Below are positions 1-13,700 of a stretch of 64,000 bases of DNA, in pieces (the first letter of the stretch is position 1; each line of letters opens with the position of its first letter). The translations under genes and the position numbers were made by a program. Source of the stretch: Antedon mediterranea (Eukaryota; Animalia; Echinodermata); the NCBI RefSeq assembly GCF_964355755.1, contig NC_092670.1, positions 38,490,388 to 38,554,387 of the forward strand, in the 5' to 3' direction. The notes under the pieces were generated by a model that saw only the letters and a list, made by a program, of their open reading frames with translations, was not told the DNA's origin and did no database searches.

Positions 1-1274
1 TTAGTTCTGAAAAGGATTGAGGAAGATCAAAGCATATTGATCGAAACGTCGAGAAACAGTTCTTTTCAGAAGTAATATACGTGGTGTACCGCAAACTATA
101 TCAACATAGTATCACATGGTAATGTATTAATTGTTTTGTTTTGCAAATCGTCAGCGACATTACGATATAACATATTTGACCTACGGTACGTGTTCAAATG
201 ATGATAATATAACAGTACGATATATGTACGCGCGTGCTGACTGCATGTCTCATTATAATCTTACAACGATTTGTTATAAATTATTATTACATCGTTTGTT
301 CGGTCGGTTTTATTTCAATCGGACATTTTTGATTTGAGATATATACGGGAGAATTCCCTTCCAAATAATATCTTCTCGTTTAATTACAGACGAATGGGAA
401 ATCAAACACGATGTGTTTACATTCATGCTGAAGTGAAATATTCTCTCACTGTTGTCTTATTAGTTATTCTTAATATCCTGTCCTTAAAAGCAATATTCGA
501 CAAATTATTCTGCAATTTTGTTTCGAGATTGATCTGTATGTGCCAATGAAAAGCATCTATTACACAGCAGGCATAATTGAAATTTAAACATTTACAAACG
601 GTAATACTTTAGGCTTAGTTCTTACTAGGACGCAACACAAGGAAGTAAGGCAACGATTTGATCAATCACAAGCGATGGATTATTCGAACAGTCGCGTGTG
701 ATTGGTCAAATCGCTTGCGTTACGTCTCTATAGTGGGAACAGAGCTTTAGGTCGGTGCATCTTTTTTTTTCATACAATTTCACTGAATGTGCCAATAAAA
801 CCATCTATTGACGTTTAAACATTCTAAACAGTTAAATACTTTAATGCTTGGTTCCAACTAGGACGCAACGCAAGGACACAAAGCAAAGTGATTTGACCAA
901 TCATAAGCGATGGATTATTCAAACAGTCACGTGTGATTGCATTGCGTCGATAGTGGAAACCCAGCTTTAGGTCAGTCCATCTTTCGGCTCTGTATTTGTT
1001 ATATATAAAAATAACTAATGAGTTATAATAATTTAAATTTCTGTGAGTTATATAGCAATAACCCTTATTGCGTTATTGTACATTAGTTTACACGGATTAT
1101 TGGAAATTGTCGTTTACTTACTTTGCAATTCATATGCATCATCGGTATTAATTGTATGTAGTTAAGAAGATGCTAATTTGTAGCACCGTGTAAAAGGGAT
1201 TCGATATTCGTAATGATTATTTTTAATTTAGAAATGCTAGATTATATTTTGAGTAATGAACAACTAGAGGCAGG

Positions 1275-1630
1275 CTTTTTTTGCTCAAGTTTTTCACTGT
1301 GCTCTTTTTTCTCGACTTATTCACTCTAGCCTTTGCTCGAGTTTTTCACTCTGGCCTTTTGCTCGAGTTATTCAGTCTGGCCATTTGCTCGAGTTAATAT
1401 TCACTATTGCCTTTTGTTCGAGTTATTCACTCTGGCCTTTTTCTAGAGTTATTCACTCTGGCCTTTTTCTAGAGTTATTCATTCTGGCCTTTTTACTTGA
1501 GTTATTTACTCGTTTTTTTACTCGAGTTTTTCACTCAGACCTCTTGCTTGAGTTTTTAACTCTGGTCTTTTGCTCAATTTTTTTCAATATGGTCTTTTGC
1601 TCGAGTACTCTAATTTACTCGAGTATTTTG
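1275..1630. repeat. ~29-bp degenerate minisatellite
   Basis: Repeats of GCTCGAGTTATTCACTCTGGCCTTTT. Confidence 0.85.
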
Positions 1631-1714
1631 CTTGATATGCACATCGCATACATTCATAATCACAATGTTAAAAGACGTGCAGTGAGTCAGAATACAAACG
1701 AAGCCGTTACTTAC

Positions 1715-4700
1715 TCATCGTCACTGTGATAGCATCTTAAAAGCATTGCATAAAGAGCGGCTGTACATGTTAAGACACCTCCCTTTACAAGGTGATTGAG
1801 ATGAATAAAAACAGCACACAGTTGCATATCCAAAATACCAAATATGAAATAACACTGCCGGGAATGAAAGCAATGTAATTATTATGTAACATTGTTATCA
1901 GGCGATTATGATCATCACGTCATCGTCGTCGTCGTCCTCCCCCTCGTCATGATCACATCATCGTCATAATCATCATCCCCATCATCATTATCATCCTCAT
2001 TATCATCGTTGTCGTCGTCCTCATCATCCTCATCACCATCATCGTCACCATCATCATCACCATCATTATCATTGTCATCATCATCATCATCTTCATCATC
2101 ATCACTCCTTATATATTGTCATCATCATCACCCTTCATATATCATCATCATCATCCTCATCATCACCCCTTATATATTGTCATCATAATCATCATCATCA
2201 TTATCACCATCATAATCATCTTCATCGCCATCATCATCATCATCATCATAATCACCATGGTCATAATTATCATCCTCATTATCATCATCGTCATCATCAT
2301 ACTCATTATCACCATCATAATCCTCCTCCTCATCATCGTCATTATCATCATCCTCATTATCATCATCCTCACCCTCATTATCACCCTTAATATATCATCA
2401 TTATTTAGCATTATCATAATCCTATCATTATACTTCTTTATTCAAATCATTCTCCGTACGATGCTTACCTTAATGTGCTGTAAATTATTGTATTCACTCT
2501 CTTGGACGTCCCTCAATTCATCAATAACATGTGAGTTGTTCCTGTTGCTAGTGTTGTTCCAATCGATATCTTCATATGGATTCAAGTAACATGTGTTCAC
2601 ATTCTGAATTTAAAAAGTTTAGTCTTTTTTTAAAAAGTGGTCTTTATGAAAATATAAATTTTTTTTTAAAACCATAGACAAATTTTAAAATATAAAATTT
2701 CAGACAATACATTTATGCAATGAGTTCTCTTCAGACTGTACTGTGAATCGACTGTGCATAATAATAATAATAAATAATTTTAAACTATGGACCAATTCTG
2801 AAATATAAAATTTCAGACAATACATTTATGCAATGAGTTCTCTGCAGACTGTACAAATAACTGCATACATCCGGGTGTAAATTAAAAGTATTTTTTGTAT
2901 GCTAGTAGACAACCTTTCTGTTAATCAAATCTGGCGTAGTACTGTGAATCGACTGTGCATAATTATTGGAAATTCTAGCATGTACGTTATAAATAAAGTG
3001 TTCCCTAAGGAGAAATGATATGAAAAAAGGTTTAAACCTGATCATGGTTTGATTGTTAAGCTCTGTCGTACGTTATGTGACAAAAAACGTGATGCGTCCA
3101 TATATGGGCACGATTACGTCATATAACTACCATATTTGGACATATTACTACCATATTTGGGCACATCACACTTTTGGTCAAACTAGTTTGATAGTGTAGA
3201 GAGAGGTGTAAGCTAGGTATAGTGGCGGCTGCTGACTGCCGTCAGGACTAACTGAGTCGGTGACACAACACTACTAGGCATAGGCCTACTCAATTCATGA
3301 TGCTAGGGAGAAAAACGACGATTTCAGTGAATAAACTTGTAACTTGGGTTAATGAAGAATTGATAGAACGATGACAAAAAACTACATGCACTCTATGAGG
3401 GAATAGCAGTGACGTATCGGTAAAATAAAGAAAAGGAGGGGAATTTAGGAAGTGAACACACTGTTTGGCCATAAATAACATTCGACACAACGACAACGTT
3501 TGTAATGTTTCAAAGCCTTGTCCATAAAAATAGACTTAACATCTAGAATCTTAGATTTGAATGGTTATCCCGGACGTTGATATATTACTCATCCGGTTAC
3601 CGTAATTTAATGGCTACGTGTAATTATAATTATGCATCTTTCAATTGCAATCCTCCCAACGACTCTGTGTAAATCATGCCTTAATATGCTAAAGATTCGT
3701 ATAAACAAGCTCCGCTTTCCAACTTAGATATTTGCAACTATATTTTACGCATTGTATATAGCACGTGGTTTATGGTCCCCGTATAGAGTAACAGTATTAT
3801 TGCTTTGTTTATTCCAATCATCGGTCAATAAGTGGCACTAATGAACAACATAGAGAAAAAAATTGAATTATATTGATGAATTTGAGACAGTTAATGATTA
3901 TTTAACGGGCGATTGTTCTGATAAAAAAAATAAAGATTGTAAAATTCTGTCTACACTATCAAACCAGTTTGACAAAAACAATGTGATGTACCCAAATATC
4001 ACTGATCAAAACAACATTTATTCAACATAAACAGATAGTTTACATAGTTTATGGTCAAGACACACATAAGCCAAAGTGGCTTGTCTTTGTAGTACTCCTC
4101 CAATTTGGACCACCGTCGGGATTCAGAGATCTCGCTCCTGATGTCTACGGCTGACTTTGGCACCCAGCCGCAGCCGTCAGTGATATGGTATATGGTAGAG
4201 ATATACTTGAATATGGTAGAAATAAAAAAATTAATTAAAAAAATCATCATGTCCATATTTGGACACATCACACTTTTGTTGTCAAATTAGTCTGATAGTG
4301 TAGACAGAGGTTTAAGTTCATGGTGAAAACGGTAACCGGTGTTGATGAAGATTAGTTGAGAAGATTTAATTTTATTGACAATTACCGTGATGGAGATAAT
4401 CTATACGTACTAAAGTAATACTGGTAGTGAGAATAGCCAATGATACGTAGTAGATGACGAGAAGTGTACGAACGTGCCTGTTTTCGGCTATATACCCGGA
4501 AAGTCGTCGAATCCAGCTAGGTGACCGTAGAAAAGACTCCGCCAACGTAATGAATAATCCAAAACCAAACAACATTATTGAAAAGAAACCAATTAAACAG
4601 TTCTCAACATTTCTAAAAACAAAAATACAAAAATCTAAGTCATTAAGATTCACTACAAAATGTTAATAGCGCGTATATTTATTTTTATTATTTTATTTTG

Positions 4701-7700
4701 AAGGTTCAATGACTACCCTGGATAATGTTTAATGACTACCTTGGATAAAAGTCCAATGACTACCCTGGATAATGTTCAATGACTACCCTGGATTATGGAT
4801 AAAAGTCCAATGACTACCCTGGATAAAGGTACAATGACTACCTTGGATAAAGATACAGTGACTACCCTGGATAAAGATACAATGACTACCCTAGATAAAA
4901 ATACAATGAACCATGGATAAAGATACAATGACTACCCTGGATAAAAGTTCAATGACTACCCTGTATAAAGGTTCAATGACTACCCTGGATAAAGATACAA
5001 TGGCTAGCATGGATAATGTCCAATGACTACCCTGGATAAATGTTCAATGACTTACCCTGGATAAAGGTTCAATGACTACCCTGGATAAAGATACAATAAC
5101 TACCCTGGATAATGTCCAATGACTACCCTGGGTAAAGGTTTAATGACTACCATGGATAAAGATTTAATGACCTACCCTGGATATATTAAAAGGTCAATAG
5201 ATAACCTAGATAAACTGTTACAAGGTACAATTGCTACTCTGTATATTGTGTGTCAACGGCTACCGTACCCTGAATATGTTAAACATTCAATGGCTACCCT
5301 GGATTATGTGAAAGGTTCAATGAGAATAATAACCTGACTTACAACTTATATGATGTCAGCATGATGGAGACGATGAAGATTTGGTTGATAAATGCGCACA
5401 GTGTGTTTGACTTAAATGCATCATCTCGTAATGAAGAAAACTGAAATAGAATGTAAAACTCTGTCTACACTATCAAACTTTAGTGACAAAAAAATGTGAT
5501 GTGCCCATATATGGACATGATGATTTTTATTTAATTTCATACCACTACCATATTTGGGCATATCACACTCTATTTTTTTAAACTAGTTTAATGGTGTAGA
5601 CAGAGCTTTAAGATATTTGCAAATAAGCAATCCTTGTTCTAGTGTGAATGGTGCTTCTATCATAGTCATTTTTTTCATCATATATTATATTATTATACGA
5701 AATAGAAAAGGAAGTCAATGATGCTCATTCTAAATTTCTATACCTATGCTCCATTACGTAATTCTGTGATAATGTCTAAAATGCCACAAGCGATTCAAGT
5801 GTACACATCAAGAAAATGCAAATATTTATTCATATTCATATTATACGACGTACGTACCATATAGGTTATATGCAAAAATTCCTGGAAGCATAATACGGAA
5901 TACATATAACCGTTTACCACACACGTACTTTATGGAGAACATATAACAGTCATTTTAACTTAATGTTTAGGCTATTTTTAAAATGATTGCAAGTAAGAAA
6001 ATCATAATTATGAAATTACTTTTATGCAATGGTTTTATAAGCCTTAGGCAATGACAGTCGTTTGATCCCTATCACACTGTTTTTTAAACAAGGGACATTA
6101 CTTAATTTATCGAGCCAAATCGACTGGAAATATTTTGTAATTTGATATTCTATAAATATCGAATACAAAGAAAAACTGATGAATTCTTTGAATTTGCGTT
6201 TAATCCTGTTTTCACAAAATTGTCTAAAGTAGTAATGTGCTCATTAGGTTGTTTTCCTGCAAGGTATGTAAATATATGTGGTTATTGGGCTATCTATTTC
6301 ACATTAATTGTGTATATTAAGATATAACTGTACAATTTGCATTTGAAGCTTTCTCTAAAGCGTAGTTCCCACTAGAGATGCAACGCAATGACGTATTCGC
6401 AATGCAGGCGAGTTGACCAATGACAAGCGGTAGTTCGAATAACCCATTGTTTGTGATTGGTCAAATCGCGTACGGTCGCGCTCACATCATTGCGTTGTGT
6501 CTCCAGTGGGAACTAAGCACAAACGTCGAATTGTTTGAAAGAAAGCATGCTCGTACAGTAGTTAAAGCCTGGTTCCCATTAGGACACAAGGCATGGACAT
6601 AAGCGCAACGAGGGCGAAAGTATTAGGGAACTGTATCACGCGGAAGCTCATGTTTACTACGGCTGAAAATGGGTATTTGTAAACTCGGACTGGGCATGCG
6701 CAAACTCCAAGTCATGTCTGGGAGAAGAGTCTATGAGATGTATGCAGACAGTAGTCTCATTTCATGCTATATTTACGTTACACAAAATGTTTACTACTGA
6801 TTGTTAAAAAAATAATTGATAATGAATCATTATTTTCTAAATTTTCGAATAGAATATCAATAAAAAGCATCATTTAATAAAGAAAGAACGTGAAGTGTTA
6901 CGTCAACAAGTTGAGCGGCGTATTTTGTAAGAAATATTTCTTGTTATTTATCTTTACTCTCTACAAAGTAAAATGTATTATACCTTTCTTTCGTGACTTC
7001 TATCGTTAAAACAGAGTGTGACTCGATTGACGTGTTGTTTCGTGAGTGACACAGACGACTTCAGAGTCATTCCTTGAGCAATTACATGATTTATGTCAAT
7101 ATCTGATTTACGTCTTGACCTCTGACCGCTCAAACCCAGTAAACCCGTATGCATCTGATTGAGTGCACTGCATACCGAATATTTCTAATCAGGAAAAAAT
7201 CGTAACATTAATATTATGTAAAATTATGTAGTATAACTCACAAATATATGTTTTTTTAATTGAAAGTTGATGCAGCCTTTATATACGTATACTTGATATT
7301 GATCTATTTATTTGTTAATGTTTCCATTATTCCATTATAATTAAATCGCGCTTCTTTAATATATCCGGGACGGATAACAGGATGCTGATTTGAATTCTTT
7401 AATTACAAAATGCTTTAAACATTTTGATTATTTTACATAGATGACATAGATTTATTTTACGTAAAGCAGTCTACTAAATAAAGCTTGGTTCCCACTAGCG
7501 ACGAAATGTAACGCAACCTACGCAACGTAATAAAATGCCCTTCCGATAATTGTGTTTGCCCCCACCTGCGTGAAATCAAACCTGCGATGTTTGCAGCACT
7601 GTTGCGTCGTCGGTTCCCACTTGTAATTACGCAATACAGAACCTTGCGTTAATACGTCGCTGCGTTACGTTCTAGTGGGCCCAACGCTTAAGAATGAGCT

Positions 7701-10700
7701 GTTTTAAAATGTTTTTTTTAAAAGGGAATAGTTAACACTGTACTTTATGGCTACAAAGAGTGTATCATGTATCAGTGTTAAGATGTATAAAGTATGACGT
7801 ATTCCTAAAGCTTGGTTCCCATTGGGACGCAACGCAAGGAGGTAGACGCAACGCAAACGAGTTGATCAATGACAAGCGACAGTCGAATAAATCCATCGCT
7901 TGTGATTGGTCAAATCCATTACGTTGGGTTACGTCGTTGTGTTGCGTCTCTAGTGGTTTCCCATAAGAGGACGCAGCCCAAGGTCGTAAAGCGCTGCAAC
8001 GTAAAGCTTGGTTCCCACTAGAACGTAACGCAAGGACGTAAACGCAACGAAAGCGTTTTAACCAATGACAAGCGAAGTTATAGACAGTTAAGCTTGGTTC
8101 CCACTAGAACGTAACGCAAGGACGTAAACGCAACGCAAGCGTTTTAACCAATGACAAGCGAAGTTATAGACAGTTAGCAATCACAAGCGAATAAGCCATC
8201 GCTTGTGATTGGTCAATTCACTTGCATTGCGTTACGTCCTTGCGTTGCGTCGCTAGTGGGAACCACGCTTTAGCAATCACAAGCGAATAAGCCATCGCTT
8301 GTGATTGGTCAATTCACTTGTGTTGCGTTACGTCCTTGCGTTGCGTCGCTAGTGGGAACCACGCTTAAGTACTTTTGATCATTCACGACGCGCGCGATGG
8401 ATCTATTGCGTTGCGCTTACGTGCATTGCGTTGCATGCATCTTAAACTTGGTTCCCACTAGCGACGCAACGCAAGGACGTATCGCAACGTAATTACAAGC
8501 GATGTATCATTCGAAAAGTGGCTTGTCATTGGTCAACTCGCTTGCCTTTTGCGCGTACGTCAGTGGGAACCACATTTTACACGTGGGATATACCTTTTGT
8601 TGATGACCAAGGTGTGTGAACGGAAGCTCAGCACTCCACGACGTCATTGACACGGTTCCAATTGAATCCTTTCGCGTCAACTCAAGGGCTGGGACGGGCA
8701 GCATACTATCTTCATTGTGGACACAATTGTGTACCGTGTGACCGTTGTTGTTTGAAGCCACGCCGTTGTCTATTGCCGAAACGTCGTCGTCTTGATCATT
8801 TACAACGTCTGTATCACATACTGTGCCGTTGTCCTAAATTCGCAAACATACAATGTTTCATTCATTCATTCATCAGCGGAAAATTATTATTATTTCCATT
8901 TATTGTCATTTGCATATAAAATATACATAGAAATTATGGTTGCTCTGAGATATACAAAAACAGATAAATAAAAAAACTAACAAAAACAATTAGAATTCAA
9001 AGTGTCAACGTGACAAGCATTCAGTTCCCAAATGACAGCTGGATAAGCTGTGGTTGCGAAATAATCAATTTTCTTTTGAATAATATACCTAGATTTTTTA
9101 AATACTATTTTAATACATTCTGAAAACCGGGGATGGCATTCATATCAATCTTTTCAAGAATCAAGACTGTAGAGCAACAAAGTGAAAAACTGAGAGAGAA
9201 GATTTATTTATTTATTTTGTTTATTCCTTTAGCATCCATTCAACAATACATTTAAGATACGTAACAAAGAAAAAAAAAACAGTTGGAATATTAAAATTGA
9301 TTAAAACCAAAGTGAATGGATGCAAGGACGACCCATAAAATTATTTCCAATGGAATCCATTGCAAGAGAAATCGGAGATGTGAAAGTGAACAAGGATCAT
9401 AAGAAAAGCATATGGAAATGTGAAAGACATAATAAAAATCACATATAAAATGTTAAAAAGGTAATATAAAAAAGTACAATAAAAAAAATATATATATATA
9501 TATATATATATAAAATGAAGAGCACCAATATCATGAAACCGGAAGATATAAAATCAGATAGGAATATCAACGATGAGATACTTTCTTAATTTAATTTTTT
9601 TAATAGATTGATTATTGATGGATTTTAGAAGCTTAAGTGATTTTCAAAACTAATGCATCGTCTCATTTGGGCAAGCACAAGTGTGCCACAACTTTGGAAA
9701 GAAATTTTGTTCATAATGAGCTCTACTCAAAAACACTACAAGAACGTTTGAAGGAGAGGTTTTCTTCATCTCCACTTCAGACATTATAATGGGAATATTA
9801 CATCTAATTTTTCCACATAATATCATTTATTTAAAAAAGGAAAACTTTCGTTTTTATGCTTCTGTGATATTTTTGCTATGCAAGTAAAACGGTAGTCCGG
9901 TTTCCAGACGGAGTTTTAATATTAGTAAAAAGATAAATATTTTGGCATATATGGCGTTTCATACTTATACTACAAATATCGAAAAGCCTCGAAATAACTA
10001 CAGACTTGGTCAAGTCTAGTAAAACTGAAGCGAATATATAATCTGTCTACCTGTTGTTTAATTAGGTACGTCTTGACTTCTTTCGAACGCAGGTATGTAT
10101 CTCGGCTCGACCCATCGCCCTCTTCCACTTCATAGCTACCAGCAAGGTACCCTAGCGTCGTCTCCGATATGTGCACACGCCTTGAGTACAGAAGTCAGAT
10201 AAAATCGGTGTAATGTCATGCTCTAATCATTTATTTCATTTTCTTTAAAACGGCTCACTAAGGATCTACCTGAGTAAGTTCAACTTTACCCGGGTAAATA
10301 ACTAAACATGAACAGGCCTACAGACACTTACCCTGGTACTCCACCAGATTCCATATGGTTAGCAAGAGTGACGTCATCACTCCATACGTCAAACTGCCAT
10401 TTACGGAGACCCATCACGCCACATAACACTGCACCCGAGTGGATTCCAATGCGCATGTCCAAGTTAACCTCCGTTTTCTTATTTACAATTCTAAATAAAA
10501 CAATTGATCACGACTAAGAATGTCTGTGCAATAATGTAGACATAGGCCTAAGCTTTGTCTAAACTATCGAACTAGTTTGACAAAAAAAGTGATGTGCCCA
10601 AATATGGTAGTGATATGCCAAATATGGTAGTGATATGACATCATCATATCTATACATGAGCACATCACATTTTTTGTCACATAAAGTTTGATAGTGTAGA

Positions 10701-10757
10701 CAGAGCTTAATACAATTCGTCATGTTGAATTACATGTTATATGTTACTTATTTTATT

Positions 10758-10792
<35 letters not shown>

Positions 10793-13700
10793 GTCATATG
10801 ACGGTTACAAAATCCGTCTGGTTGATATTCAAATCTGTCCACACGCTAAATCTCCCGGATGCAAACCGTTCTATTGAATTATGGAAGTTTGAATGTGATT
10901 AAAGAAATTAAAGAAATAGGTTAAATTCTTGCATTTTTGAATTTTTAAGATACATTCCGAATAACGTAAAATGGCTTTCTACTCGATTCGAAAGCTGGAC
11001 GAAGAAAGAATTTTCCACCGTAATTACAGTATACCTCCCAAGTCGATAGCTCGAGTAGTTCACACTGTTGCGTTTTACCGGTACTTCAAAATACCTTACA
11101 AAAATAATTTGGTCCAAGAACAATCAACATTGTCTGCAGTGAGAACATTTCATAACGTCACTGACCAAGGACAATACATAGTACTGTAAAAGAGCGCGCG
11201 TGTATTCTTATTGATAAATTCTTGATGGAAAACCTTATTGCCCCTTTATGTTTTTCCAGAATGTATAACAACTCAATTGTCATAAATTATGCATTATATA
11301 CGAGTTAAGATGGCTAGTTAACTCCGACAAGGTACTTATACATTGTATTTACATATACAGTACTGTAGATAGGCGACCATCGTAATGGCTTAAAACGTGT
11401 GAAAACGTATACTCATACAGACCCTATACGCGAACTATATGTACATTCTACAAGATTTTGTCACCAAAATAAAGTCGCTATATCCAGATATTGAAAGCAC
11501 GAAAAAAGCGTTAGACTTTGTTTAGGTGTCAACATAAAAAACCCTAGGCCTAGGCCTATATTATCATCAGCATTTCACATTTTTAAAAGGAATCTTTATA
11601 CTATAAAGGCTTAGAGCAATATTACAGAAACATTGCTTTACTTTAAACTGTCTCGGATTGTATACATTAATTAAAGTGAAATGTATGTTGAACATATAAT
11701 TTTGACAATATTAAATGCATGACACGCCAACGCTGCACAAATTGCTAATATATGACTAATATCTTAGCATAAAATATCGAGATTTAGTTTGATTCCTAAT
11801 CCATAAAAGCCGTCACATAGCTCTTGGAAATACGTACGATTTTAAAGTAATTTATTTCATTCGCTGCTGATGTGTATTGGTTTTATTATATTGACATTTA
11901 TGGTAATTAATAATGTACCGTAATCATTTCTGACATATCACAGACATCATTCTATACAAAATACAATTAAATTATTAGTAATATTATAATTATTATCGAA
12001 TATTGCCTTAGAAATAATAACGCCAATCAATATAAATACATTCAAACAAACTATTATATAGCCTATTCATATATATTAAAGATTTCGCCCCAAAACACAA
12101 AAAATGAAAATTAATTAAATCAGACGTTGAATATGTTATTTTGTAGTTATATAATAGAATAACAGAAACTAAAGTAATATAAAATAAATACATGCACTAT
12201 GCAGTAACAGTAGTTATTAATCAATTTAATCACTTCAGTAGAAAAAAACCCCCCAAAAAAGTAATAAACCATTGGCTGGCAGCCAATTTGACTTATTTTT
12301 TTGCTTTAAACTACAGTTTTTCAGTTTTTCTAATTTTTGGTCAAAGTGCATAACTATTTATGTGACATTAAAATGGCATATTCAACAAAACAAATTTTAA
12401 GAAATTATTTTTTTTAGGCGGACAATACATCTTTAATAAATATCAAGTTTAATCAAGTCAAATACATTTACCAATTATTTTTATTTTTAATAAATATCAA
12501 AATAATTAATATAAATTGATATAAACTTACTTGATAGCTTTAATCATCGAAAGACCCATTTCGACTGCGTTCTGCGCATGCCTAGTGTCAGCGTTTGGTA
12601 AGCCAGATACGCAGTAGTAACAGTCTCCAAGAATCTTGATTCTTAAGCAGGAGTTTACCTAAAGTATAACAAGCATTTGAATATAATTACAATGTGACGT
12701 CGGTGAAATGGCATTCGGCGAAACGTCCGAGTACCAATTACAAAAATGTTACACATTTTTTACTGATTTTATATTTTACTCTTACTTTTTAAATGGAAAA
12801 AATGTTTATGTATCAGCTCTGTAATGGCTCTATGGATTCTCTAAAATTAAGATATGGTTCTTATGGACATTGTCGATGTTATTTTGTCGTGGTTTTCTAT
12901 GTATTCCAGTCTGTAAATGGCGGGCTTCCCGCTGCTGATTGCGAATTAAAATAACATAAATAAAATAAAAAAATCTTTCTGTAAATGCTGCTGATTGCAA
13001 ATTAAAATAAAATTAATTAATAAATTAGCAATCTTTCTATAACAGTTCACAGAAAATACGAATTGACGCGGACTCTATTGTGGCAAGAATGATGTGAATT
13101 TGATGATGGTGGTGGTACCAAGGCAATCTAGAGATTAGATTGCCTTAGTGGTTCTCATTTTGTGTACGCGCGCGTCAAAATGTTTGTCTTGGCATCGCCT
13201 TGGCATCGTTATGAAAAGGAGACATTTGAAAACGTGTTCTCTCATTTAAGAGATCGATTAATTAGGGTTGGAAGCTCTTGTCGAATCACGTTTTATCAAT
13301 AAAATATAATTTCAATTATTAAGTCTGTGGTGTATATTTTTACTACAAAGTTATTCTCTCCCGAGCATTTGTCCTGATTGAACTAATATAGTAATATAAA
13401 AATAGTCAATATGACATGATTTATCATAAGAGACATGGCATACTTCGGTCTGTTTATTTTCCATTAAAACCACAATCTAATCCATAGTATCAAACAATTT
13501 ATTTCAATAGAACTTCCATTCGCTATTATGTAAAATGATAAGATTAACACAAGGTAAATATCGGTAGTGATATTGCTTCTGGTAAAAATATATTATAACT
13601 TTCCTATCCTGGCATTTCTAAGTCGTCTTGTGTCTCGTTTAATAATATCAATTGACAGAAGGCTGACGCACAAATGTTGTAACTAATATTTTTATTTGTT

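Noticed and set aside
1120-1240. Candidate next ADCY8-like exon with a donor at ~1121
   Set aside because: No frame consistent with the preceding exon phase gave cyclase-like sequence without stops.
2116-2589. Poly-Ile and poly-Met ORFs
   Set aside because: They are translations of a (CAT)n microsatellite.
9200-9850. Possible decayed CR1-like LINE 3' end on the minus strand
   Set aside because: Only faint resemblance and no translatable motif long enough to support a call.
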